Shown here piece after piece: positions 12,180 to 23,817 of a stretch of 64,000 bases of DNA (positions are counted from its first letter, which is position 1; each line of letters opens with the position of its first letter). The notes beneath the pieces were generated by a model, which did no database searches, was not told the origin of the DNA, and saw only the letters and a program-made list of their open reading frames with translations. The translations under genes were made by a program, and so were the position numbers. Source of the DNA: Guillardia theta CCMP2712. Its lineage: Eukaryota; Protista; Cryptophyta. The stretch spans positions 330,246 through 394,245 of the forward strand of contig NW_005434621.1 of NCBI RefSeq assembly GCF_000315625.1, given 5' to 3'.

Positions 12180-14656
12180 TCCTGCTCCCTCTTCTCTTGC
12201 TGCTGCTGCTCCTCCTCTACCATCTCCTTCTTTGCTTCACCTTCTGTTGTCTTCCTTTCTCATCCATAGCAGGTACTGGTGCACGGATCAGAATGTTGTT
12301 CAGCGAGTCATCGCCGCCAAATCACCAGCTCATGCTCGAGCCGGAGCGATTTTTGCAGCCTACCTCAAGGTACTGGGAGCGGCGGGCTAACTTGCAAAGT
12401 AGTCTCTGTGCCGAACAAAGTCGCTTGTCTGTGCTGAGGAGGAGACAACTGTTGGAACATGTCATGTCAAGGTTGTGATGTTTCAACCTTCAGATTCTCC
12501 CTCCCTTCATGATGGTCATTCCCGGGATAGTCTGCAGGTACGTGAAATACAAGTGCAGTAGCTCTCAGCTGTGATCGAGTTCTCGTCACTGTGAGGAATT
12601 CTTGTTTCCTATGAATCATGTTCGATGCCGTGCGAGCTTTCGCGCACAACATGTTCTTGTACACTCACTGCAAACCCCTCAGAGCACTCTATCAAAAGGA
12701 GCTGTTGGATCAGAGTGCAGGTTACAACGTGGCATTTCCTTACCTTGTCGTCAACATCCTGCCGTCTCCTCTTCTCGGACTTATGGTGCTGAAGATGTGC
12801 TGACGATCTTGTTGCGTCTGAACTTGTCGTTGCAACAGATCGCAGCGATGCTTGCAGCTCTCATGTCTTCGCTCGCTTCCGTCTTCAACAGGTGAGCAGC
12901 AGTTGGGGGTAGAGGAGGGGAAGGAGATGGCAAGTTTGACCTCCAGGGTGTGTCAAGAAATGGAGGGAGGAGAAGGACGGAGGGACGGAGGAGGGAGGGA
13001 GAGTCAGGGGGAGGAGCGAGGGATGGGAGCGTGGGTTGATGGATGGATGAACAGAGGGAGGGAGAGAGACAGAGAAGGAGGAAGAGGGAGGGAGGGAGGG
13101 AGGAAGAGTCAGGGGAGGGAGACAGGGAGGGATGGAAGGAGGGTGATTTTCTTTCATCTCTCTTGATTGCTTCACTCGATTCTGAAGTTCAACCATAGCA
13201 CTTCGACGATCTTCACAATGGACGTCTGGCGCAAGTGATACTATCTTGCCCTCAAACTCTCCTTTCTCACTCTCCTCCATGGCAGCCTCCGCAAGTCCGC
13301 CAGCGAAAAGGAGCTTGTTCTTGTTGGCAAGGTGTGTTTCCTCCACCAGCAAGGGCTGTCATGACATGTTACTTGTCTTCGATCCCTCCGCATCCCTTCT
13401 TTTACATCCTCGTTTCTTTCCTTACCCTTCGCTCTCAGGTCGCAACAGTTGTCATGACCATCCTCGGCATCTTGTGGATTCCTCTCATTCAAAGTCTCTC
13501 CTCCGGGTTGTACATCTACACTCATAAGGTCTCTTTATCCTCTTTCTCCCTCCTGCTCCCTCCTGCTCCCTCCTGCTCCCTCCTGCTCCCTCCTGCTCCT
13601 GCTCCTGTCCTACCTCCTGCTCCTACTTCTTCTTTTTATCCTCCTCCTCCTCTCTCATTCCCCTCCTCCCTCCTGCTTGTACTCCTTCCACCTGCGCCTA
13701 CTTCTCCTCCTTCTCCTTCTCGTCATCCTCCCTCCTCCCTCCTCACCTCTTCTTCGCTCAGGTCATGGCATACATGGCTCCTCCCATCACTGTCGTTTTT
13801 CTCGGAGGCGTTCTTTGGCCTCGTGCCAATCAGCAGGGAGCATGGGGTAACTTACCCTCCCTCTTTCCCGCTCCATCCTCCTCGTCCCCTCCCCTTCTCT
13901 CCTCCTCTCTCTGTCCTCTCCCTCTCCTCTCCTCTCCTCTCCTCTCCTCTCCTCTCCTCTCCTCTCCTCTCCTCTCCTCTCCTCTCCTCTCCTCTCCTCT
14001 CCTCTCCTCTCCTCTCCTCTCCTCTCCTCTCCCCTCCTCTCATCCTCAACTTTTCTCCTCCTCCTCTGACAAACGATCGCAGCATGTCTCATGTTCGGCT
14101 TCTTTGTGGGTAACTTGCGGCTTGTCGGCGAGATTTCGATTGCTAGATCGCACGACTCATCTATTACCTCTCTCTTCTTGTAAGCTCCCCTCCTTTCCTC
14201 TCTCCTCTCCTGTCTCTTGCTCCTCCACCTCGACCTCTTACCTCCACCACCACCACCTCCTCCTCCTCCTCCTCCTTCCTCCTCCTTCTCCTCCTCTTCC
14301 CACCACCACCACCTCCTCCTCTTGACTCCACTACCTGATTACTGAGTTCTCTTTTTCAACTGTACAGTCACAGCAACTTCCTGCATTTTGCTGCTTTCTT
14401 CGGCTTCTCCTGTTTCATAGTAATAATAACCTCCCTCGATCCTTTCTCATCCTCCCTCTGACTCCTCCCTCCCTTCCCTCCCTTCCCTCCCTCCCTTCCC
14501 TCCCTCCCTCCCTCCCTCCCTCCCTCCCTGCTGCTCTCTTTCCCTCCTCATTCTTTTCCTCTTGAATCTCTTCCCCCTTCACTCAGTCACCATCTCCTTC
14601 CCCCTTAACGTTCTCATCGCAGATGCTCTGGCTTGGGAGCATTCTGACGTCTCCTC
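10961..14656 (+). CDS. Sodium:solute symporter (SLC5/SGLT-SMIT family); 3' end lost in gap
   Basis: YFLAGR, GASLFASNIGSEHFIGLAG, GVFTMPEFLERRY, GGMAAVIYTEVIQT, YWCTDQNVVQRVIAAK, LAALMSSLASVFN, STIFTMDVW. Confidence 0.9.
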
Positions 14657-15153
14657 NNNNNNNNNNNNNNNNNNNNNNNNNNNNNNNNNNNNNNNNNNNN
14701 NNNNNNNNNNNNNNNNNNNNNNNNNNNNNNNNNNNNNNNNNNNNNNNNNNNNNNNNNNNNNNNNNNNNNNNNNNNNNNNNNNNNNNNNNNNNNNNNNNNN
14801 NNNNNNNNNNNNNNNNNNNNNNNNNNNNNNNNNNNNNNNNNNNNNNNNNNNNNNNNNNNNNNNNNNNNNNNNNNNNNNNNNNNNNNNNNNNNNNNNNNNN
14901 NNNNNNNNNNNNNNNNNNNNNNNNNNNNNNNNNNNNNNNNNNNNNNNNNNNNNNNNNNNNNNNNNNNNNNNNNNNNNNNNNNNNNNNNNNNNNNNNNNNN
15001 NNNNNNNNNNNNNNNNNNNNNNNNNNNNNNNNNNNNNNNNNNNNNNNNNNNNNNNNNNNNNNNNNNNNNNNNNNNNNNNNNNNNNNNNNNNNNNNNNNNN
15101 NNNNNNNNNNNNNNNNNNNNNNNNNNNNNNNNNNNNNNNNNNNNNNNNNNNNN
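14657..15153. other. Assembly gap (N run)
   Basis: Run of N. Confidence 1.
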
Positions 15154-15304
15154 CATGCTCTCCCTCCTTCCACTCCCCTCCCCCTACTCCCTCCCTCCCT
15201 CTCCCCTTCCCTCCCCTCATCTCCTCTCCTCTCCTCCCTCTCCCCTCCCCTTCCCTCATCTCCTCTCCTCTCTTCCTCTCTTCCTCTCTCCTCCCCTTGC
15301 CTCA

Positions 15305-15725
15305 CCTGTAGACCTGGCGATCCCTTCAAGGCTATCTGAAAAGCTGCCTGCATGGGCTCCAACCTGCGGGATGTGAGAATGAAATACCGAGAAGAAAAAG
15401 AGAGTGGAGAAGGAAGTTGACACGGGACAAGCTACGAGGGGAGCATGGAGGAGAGGAGCTGGGAGAAGCAAGAAGGGAGCACGAGAGGAGCATGAAGGAG
15501 GGAGGGAGCAGAGGAGAGCGACTAAGAGGAGGAGAGTGAGGAGAGGTGAGCTTCAAGGAAGACAGGAGGTAGGAAGAGGGGAGCTAGAAGTATATGGGAG
15601 TCAGGAGGGGAGGAGACCGGAAGTATGGAGGCTCTTGCTCGAAGCATTCGATTGTAAGGATCCCCAAACTCCAGATGTCTACCTTGGCTACGAACAAATT
15701 ACTTTCTCTTCCATGGTCCTCCACA

Positions 15726-15761
<36 letters not shown>

Positions 15762-17500
15762 CCTTCTCCTGCTCCTGTCCTACCTCCTGCTCCTTCCTTT
15801 CTCGTCCGATCCCTCCTTTCAACCTCATTTCACACTTACCATCGTAAAACTCCGACCGGATCAGCTCAGGCGCCATCCAGTAGGGTGTTCCCACCATGGA
15901 CCTGAGGGACACAAGTAAGACAAATGCAAGTTTCCTGCTTCTCAATCCTCACTCCTCCTCCTCCTCCTCCTCCTCCTCCTCCTCCTCCTCCTCCTCCTCC
16001 TCCTCCTTTTCACCTTATAATTGTTCAACTTTTCTCCTACTCTCTCTTGCTTTCTCCCCTTCCTCCTTCCTCCTCACCCCCTCTTCTTTCACCCGTGTGT
16101 CTCTGTCCCCCCCCATTCCTCCTATTCCTCTCATCCTCCCCAGCTAACAGGCTCTTCTCCTCCTCCTTCGCTCCCTCCGTCGAGTCTCCTCCTCTTCTTA
16201 CTTCCTCTTGTCCACCTCCTCCGTCAGCTGCACGCACAGCCCGAAGTCCGCAAGCTTGACGCTTCCGTCGCTTGCAATCANNNNNNNNNNNNNNNNNNNN
16301 NNNNNNNNNNNNNNNNNNNNNNNNNNNNNNNNNNNNNNNNNNNNNNNNNNNNNNNNNNNNNNNNNNNNNNNNNNNNNNNNNNNNNNNNNNNNNNNNNNNN
16401 NNNNNNNNNNNNNNNNNNNNNNNNNNNNNNNNNNNNNNNNNNNNNNNNNNNNNNNNNNNNNNNNNNNNNNNNNNNNNNNNNNNNNNNNNNNNNNNNNNNN
16501 NNNNNNNNNNNNNNNNNNNNNNNNNNNNNNNNNNNNNNNNNNNNNNNNNNNNNNNNNNNNNNNNNNNNNNNNNNNNNNNNNNNNNNNNNNNNNNNNNNNN
16601 NNNNNNNNNNNNNNNNNNNNNNNNNNNNNNNNNNNNNNNNNNNNNNNNNNNNNNNNNNNNNNNNNNNNNNNNNNNNNNNNNNNNNNNNNNNNNNNNNNNN
16701 NNNNNNNNNNNNNNNNNNNNNNNNNNNNNNNNNNNNNNNNNNNNNNNNNNNNNNNNNNNNNNNNNNNNNNNNNNNNNNNNNNNNNNNNNNNNNNNNNNNN
16801 NNNNNNNNNNNNNNNNNNNNNNNNNNNNNNNNNNNNNNNNNNNNNNNNNNNNNNNNNNNNNNNNNNNNNNNNNNNNNNNNNNNNNNNNNNNNNNNNNNNN
16901 NNNNNNNNNNNNNNNNNNNNNNNNNNNNNNNNNNNNNNNNNNNNNNNNNNNNNNNNNNNNNNNNNNNNNNNNNNNNNNNNNNNNNNNNNNNNNNNNNNNN
17001 NNNNNNNNNNNNNNNNNNNNNNNNNNNNNNNNNNNNNNNNNNNNNNNNNNNNNNNNNNNNNNNNNNNNNNNNNNNNNNNNNNNNNNNNNNNNNNNNNNNN
17101 NNNNNGGAGGGAGGAGGAGGCAGCACCTTGATATCTCGATGAATTCTACCGTGCATGTGGAGGAAGGAGAGAGCGGAGACAATCTGCTTGCAGAAGTAGG
17201 CTATCATGTCCTCCTTCAGCTGCTTCTTCGAGCTGAAGGCAGGAGAGAGTGAGAGGAGCCGGGCAAGGGCAAGAGGAGGTCAACAACTAGTTAGAGGATG
17301 CAGGTAATTGCGCGGGATGAAGCAATGGGAAGAGGAGGAGATGCTGGAACAGGACTGCAGAGGAAGAGGAGCATGAGAAGCAAGGGTAGGAGCAGAAGCA
17401 AGGGCATGGGCACGAGGGGTAAGAAGAACAGGAGCAGGAGCAGGAGCAGGAGGAACAAGGAGAGCAGGAGCAGCAGGAGCAGGAGCAGGAGGAACAAGGA

Positions 17501-17558
<58 letters not shown>

Positions 17559-19042
17559 GGGAGCAGGAGGCGATACCGGATGAGACTCATGAGAGACCCT
17601 CGCTCCATCGCCTCCATCACAATCCAGAGATAATTCTTCCAGAGATAAGAATCGAAGAATTCCACTGCAAGCACTCGTCAGAGAAGGGAAGTGACGACAA
17701 AGGCGCTGGATCTGATGCCAGGGAACACAACTTCATCACAGATCATCTCCAGTAGCCTTTCAACAAGCACAAAGACTACATCTTGACGCAACGAGCCACA
17801 GATCTTGCTCAGAGTTCCACATCATGTAGCACACACAACAATCACAGCTCCACAACAGCCCCACAACCTCACGGCAACCTTCCGCTCGATCTCACCGACG
17901 TTGGGATGCTTGCTCAGCGTCATCATGGCGATCTCGTTCTCGAGAGACGCCATGTTGGTCAGCTTTCCGATCTCGAGCCTCTTTAGCGCCATGAGCTTCT
18001 TCGACGAGATCTTGACACAACCTCGTCAGATCACGACGACAGCCGCAAGATGCGGTCAGCACAGGGAGGCGCTGGGGGTAACCAACGGCGTTCATGCACC
18101 CGAGAAGGGACACAAGGCAACCTCTTGCTGACGTGGGGGGCACAAGAAACGCAACGAGTTGAGCCTGCTGGGTTTACCTCGTTGGCAAGAAAGACGCATC
18201 CGTGTCCTCCCTTCCCGATCTCAGTGAAGCCGCTGAAGGCAAGCATCGGGTCCTCCAGCTTCATCGAGATCGCATTCCGCACCTGCCATGGAAGGATCAT
18301 GCTGGAGGCGCCGGGCCGCGCCCTCTGCTCTCCTCACCCTCTCCAGCACTGAGCTCTCTGCCGGCAGCTTGACCTTCCTCTCCCTCACGGGACTGCTCAG
18401 CTGGATCAGCGGAGCAGGGCTGCAGCAGCCAGGCCTCCTCCTCACCGGTACATCCCCCCAGCTGTGAACTCCAGCACGTCCAGGACTGTCTGTGGATGCT
18501 CGAGCGCGTCCTCCTTACTGATCCCCGATGAGAGGAGGAGATCCTCCCAGTCCTTCGGCAGCCCTGCAGTTACACAAGCCCCGCCTGCCTCCTCCTTCCT
18601 ACCCGCCGGGAGGACCAGTTGGTGGGGATGAGGTATGCAGGGACATCGCCGCTCCCCTCCCCCTCATGGAGCGTAAAGCTGTCGGAGAGCGCATCGCGCC
18701 ATGCGTCGGGTACCCCACTGACGATGTTCTTGACCGGGTCATGCTCCATGTGGACACCTCTGAAGGAGCGTCAGGCAGAGACGGCAAGGAGGGTGGGAGG
18801 GACTGGGACAGGAAGGAGGATGTTGGACAGTTGCAGAGTTGAAGAAGTGATGTTGCAGAGAGGTATCATCAAAGAGGAAAGAGACGATTGTTAGAGCTAG
18901 TGGTGAACCTCTTGAAGTCTGACGGAGCAGAAATGTTGAGATCTTCATTCGCTTCCCCTGCCTCCCTATGCCTCGAAGAGCTGCTCAGGTCCTTGGCCAG
19001 CTGCGAGAAGATTTCGCCCATCTCTGCAGCATGGCTAGTCAT
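15305..19042 (-). CDS. PAK/STE20 kinase with N-terminal CRIB motif; interrupted by gaps, 3' end in gap
   Basis: CRIB ISAPSDF..HVEH; kinase motifs IGKGGHGCVFLA, LWIVMEAMERGSL, IHRDIK, KLADFG, SMVGTPYWMAPELI, VDIWSLGIL, PMQAAFQIALKGSP. Confidence 0.88.
16281..17105. other. Assembly gap (N run)
   Basis: Run of N. Confidence 1.
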
Positions 19043-20071
19043 TGATGGAATACAGCCCTTCCATAGAATCATCGCAAGAGATTCCTATGGACGGCCTTTG
19101 TCTCCTCAGCTTGCAACTCCTACTACTCCTGCTCGTACCTCGCTACTCCTGCTGCTGGCATGACGGTTTCTACCCTTGTATCTTCCTCTTACTACATCTC
19201 TCCCTGTCCCCCCATCCTTTTCTCGTCCTTATCCTCCCCCTCCCCCTCCCCCTCCCCCTCCCTCCCATCCCCAGCCCGGCAGGAACTACATGATAAAAAT
19301 CGTTCCCTGTGAAGAACATTTCAGTTGTTCCTCCTACAGAACAAAATCAGGGATAGATAGATAGATGGGGGTCATTGTTGGTTAGGAAAGGATGGGGGTA
19401 GGGTTAGTCACCTTTCTGCAATTGGAGGGGTGTTAATTACTGTCAGTTGCTCTGTAAGGACCGGGTACTTTGGATTTAAAAAAAAACAACCCATTAGGGG
19501 AAACAGAGGGTGTTAACGCACAAAAGGACCGGTGGTCGGGGTCATCATCATGGTTTTGAGTTTGATCGCCCGTTCAGCCGCCCTGATGGCGCCGGCCCAG
19601 CGTGACATACTCTCTGAGCTCGCAACATGCTGACCTGTCTCCTTGCTCCAGCTCATGGATGCGTGCTTTGCTAGCATGTCCTCTTCCTCTTCCCCTCCCC
19701 TTATCTGTCCTGTCACTTGCTCAATGCTCCACACACCCAGCCGTGTAGAACCGTTTTCATGCTGTCCTTAGATCCTTGGTTCGGGGTGTTGTCCAGAGCT
19801 GCGTTGCCGGTCTGTCAGTTGTCGCATCCTTGCATTGCCTTTCTTTGCATTGTGAAACAAGAGACAATGAGAAGTTTTTGTGCATCGACCGTCCACAGGT
19901 GTTTTTGACGAGATTGAGCCTGAATTTCAAATTTTGTGCGTTCATCATTCAATCAAGGGGTAGTGGGTGTACTTTTGAGTTTGATTGGAATCAATAAGCA
20001 CACGAGTGTATCTGTAGTCTCTAACTCGTTTGAACTCCTGGGTCCGCAGGAAGACTTGTTGGAGCTCTAAG

Positions 20072-21340
20072 ATGACTGAGGAAACTTCCAACTTACCAAG
20101 CTTTCGCTTTGTACTCGTTTGTTCAGCATCTATGTGAGCGAAACTTACAATGGAGCAGAAACCATCTAAGGCGCCAAAGAAATACAGAAAGCAAATGAGA
20201 AGCCATCCGCTCTTCCAGGATGTCCTGCGAGCTTATGTCCTCTGCAAGCGACCGGTGCAGACAGAGATCTGTTTGCGCTGTTCGCTGAGATAGTTTCTAG
20301 GTTCTGGGGCCCATCCCAGCTTTGGAGGCCTCAGAGGAAGTCTTGTTCAAGGAATTTGCTGAAGAGGATCACCCCTCCCTCAAGGAAAGCTTCTCTGAGA
20401 AGGAGCAAAAGGAGGAGGCGGCACCGGACGTCTCAGCAGAGGAAATGACAAGCTTTTTGCAATCTGCGATCTCGTCCATGAAACAGCATCGTGAAGAGGT
20501 AGAGAGTCTGATCAAGATACGTGATGCATGCTGCGAACAATACCTGGAATTCCTCAAGAACACGTGGACCGAGCACCTGCAAGCCAGATCAGATTCAAAA
20601 GTGTCAGGAGCTGGTGACTTGAAGCTCAACAGGCCATCGATCGATCATTCCAGCTCGAACGAGCAAGGTACTTCTTCTTGCGTACTGTCAGACTCTGAGC
20701 TTGCACCTCCCGATTTTTTTTCAGACCCGAATGCCCCTCGACCAGAGAAGAGACGGAGGGAGAACCTGCCCTCACAATCAGTTTCAGTTCTCAAAGAGTG
20801 GATGCGAAACAATATCAAACGGCCTTACCCGACGGATCAGGACAAAGTAGAGCTGGCAGCACTAGCAAACATTACAACACAACAGGTTTCCAATTGGTTT
20901 GTCAATGCGAGGAAGAGAATTTGGCAACAAATGCTGGAGGATAAGTTTGGAAGAGATCAAGCGAATGCATTAATTCCAAGTGAAGCATGCTCTTGCGTAT
21001 TCTTCGTCTGAATACTGTGTTGCAGATCGTGTGAGACCAGGTGAATACGACCCAGTCGCGATGCAGTTTCAGGTTGGCCTTGTGAGGAGGAGGTTTGGGC
21101 TGCTAACTAGAGCACATAGGGTGCGAGCTACGCTGCTGTCTCAGCGCTGATACAAGTGCGTCCGACAGGAGCGGCAGCAGCGCTCCTGGGAACTCCTCCA
21201 ATCCCTACCACTTCGCAGGCACCCTCAGGTGGCTAACGAGAGCAGATTGATCCAAGTCTCTGAACGTTCCTGTGAAGGTGGTTCCAAAACGACAAGCTCC
21301 TAGAGCTCATGATGCTGAATTGTGTCGAGTGAGGATAGAT
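20072..21340 (+). CDS. TALE-class homeodomain transcription factor, KNOX/MEINOX type
   Basis: Homeodomain with PYPT and WFVNARKR (ORF 20322-21011). Upstream exon gives KNOX1-like RSHPLFQDVLRAYVLCKR and KNOX2-like EEMTSFLQSAISSMKQHREEV. Start 20072 or 20150; end approximate. Confidence 0.85.
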
Positions 21341-21396
21341 ATTCAGTACAAACAGATTTGTGAAATGTTGTGCTCGTCGAAACACGAAATGCCATA

Positions 21397-22439
21397 TCAA
21401 ATAGATCTTTTTGCAACGACTAAGTGTGTTGTCCCTAAGTGATATGACTTGCTTTCCACGACCTGGTATGAGAAACAGCAGTTATGACATGAAACCTCCG
21501 AGTCTCTATGTTCACCTGCAGACCTGACTTGCTGACGATGTCTCTAATGTCTCGATTCCACCAGCAGCCCCACCTGCAATCACCAGGAGTGAGCAGGCGG
21601 TAATGGGGCGGATACGATCGCTACTTCTTCGCATGGTTCGCTGCAGATCTATCGAGCATCCAGTTCAGAGGTGTAAACCAGGAACGACCGTGCTCCAACA
21701 GCAGAATCTTCCCGTCCACCTTGCACACCCTCTGCATTTCCTGCAAGCTTGCCAGGGGATCTTCGTAGCTACAGATCCCAAACGTGTCGACAACGGTGTC
21801 GAAGCTCTGATCCAGGAACTTCAAGTCTGCAGTGTCCATCACGTGGATTGATTCCACGTTTGGCGAGCTCTTGGACTGGCAAATCTTCGCCATCGCTTCA
21901 CAGTTGTCTGCTGCTGTAATCCGGCAATCTGATGGATACAGATCAAAGTTGTGTCCAGTCCCCGATGCAACCTCGAGCACCTTGCCCCGAGCATGATGTA
22001 GCAGCGCCTTACGAGCCTTATCTATCCCAAGCCATGCCTCCCCGGAGCAGACATCCTTCTCGTAGGTTGAAGCTCCATGCTCATACGCAGCCTTCCTGTC
22101 CTCTTCCGTGACCGGCGAGCATGTGGAGGAGGGCTTAGCACATGCATTCATCGTCGCATACACACCAGCTGCATATCCTGCAACACCCACGACACCACCC
22201 ATCAACCACACCGCACTGGAAGCCTTCTTTGCCGCGGGAGATGGCAAGGTCAGCGACCTCTTGTTTGTATCGCGGAGCACATTAAACCGTCGCAGGAATA
22301 TCCACATGGAATGTTCCCTCCCCCCTACTATCCCCATATCAGCTGTTAACCTCATCCTGACCCCAACCCGCACAGCACAGATCCTTTCCCCTGCCATCTT
22401 TCTCCACCTAGCCGCACTTGCATGGGCGTACCGCAGCAT
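21397..22439 (-). CDS. SAM-dependent methyltransferase (Methyltransf_11; OMS1/METTL7-like), probably mitochondrial
   Basis: VLEVASGTG, SFDTVVDTFGICS, ILLLEHGRS; spliced exons WGCWWNRDI and VVESKSYHLGTTHLVVAKRSI*. Arg-rich N-terminus plus a TM segment. Confidence 0.85.
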
Positions 22440-23817
22440 TCTTGCTCTGCCTTGTCGGAAAAGCAGGATCATCCAGTGACCCGCCTCAGTCAGATGCACA
22501 CCGGGGCCCGATGGTCGTTAGAATTGTAACGTCTATAACGACCGTGTCTTCAACCGCCGTCCGTATATCCGAACGTGGTGTAACGGTCACAACTAAGGCA
22601 GCCGTGACCGCGCTTCTGACTTCGGAATTCTCTATAGAAGGGTCATAGAGGGGTCCTAGGAAGTGGGATATAGAGAAACACTGGGGTACCCCCCGGCTTA
22701 TAATATGGATCACGTAGAGGGTCAGGGTGTCAGGTCAAGGGGATGCTCCGTAAAAGTCCACATAAGGGGTACTTTGAGTGAGGAAAAGGGGGGTAGTATT
22801 TGACTCGTGACTGGAGACACTCGAAAGTCATAGCAGGGCGCACCGTAGTGGGGTGGGTCATACGATCAGATGGTGCAATCTCCAAATTCCGGGGGTAGGG
22901 GTACTTTGCAATGTGAGGACTCACTGAAGCCTTCACCGGTACCATAGAAGAGATTTTGATGGAACATACGGGGTGGGGTGAAATAAACGGGGGGGTGGGG
23001 GTGCAGTTGATATTCGACGGGCACGGGGGGGCGTACAGAGCGACTCCGAGGCCGTCAAGGTTGACTCTTGGAGGTCCAAAGAGGCGGGGGCGCGGGGTAG
23101 GGTGGTTCGGTCAGGATCGCCAACAAGTTTCGTCGAAGGGTGGGTCCAATTAGCTCCACGGGAGGGGTACAGGAGAGGGGATGGGGTGTATTTGAAGACA
23201 GGATAAACTTTTTGAGTTTTAAAATGCAGGTGGAAGGGGATGGAAGGGGGTACGGATGTGGCAAAGGAGGGGGTAGGGGGTCGATTTGATTGCCTGGAAA
23301 GTGGGGGTAGTGGTGTTCGGTACAGCCGGGGGTGCGATTGAAAGTGAGAGGTGGGGGTGAAAGTTGGTGAAAAGGAGGGGTAGTCTAGTAGCTGAATCGG
23401 TTAATGATGTCTCGCGAGAATTCTCGTTGATAATCAAAGGACCACCCCTCTAAAGTCCGTTCTAAGTACCGGTACAAAGACTCGAAACTATTGACCCAAT
23501 ACTACTGAGGGTGATCTGATACAAGGATAAAGGCATTGGACGGGTAGGGTGGGGTGGCTGCGGAATGGCAGACGATTGCCGCCAGGAAGGGGGGGGAATG
23601 CGGACAAGGAGGAGGAGCAAGGGTCCGCAGTCCTGGATGTTACCTTTGTTCATACAACTATCGTTCTGTCTCGATACAATCCAAGGTGATTTTTATGAAA
23701 ATTTCATAGCGTTGTTGGCACCGGTTCTCCTCATGTTGCCTTTCGGTGATGATTTCGTTGATCTCTAAATCACCCCCTGCATGTACAAAGAAGCACGTGT
23801 TATCGTTTATTGCTTAG

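Noticed and set aside
14562-17252. Long ORFs containing X runs
   Set aside because: Artefacts of N gaps.
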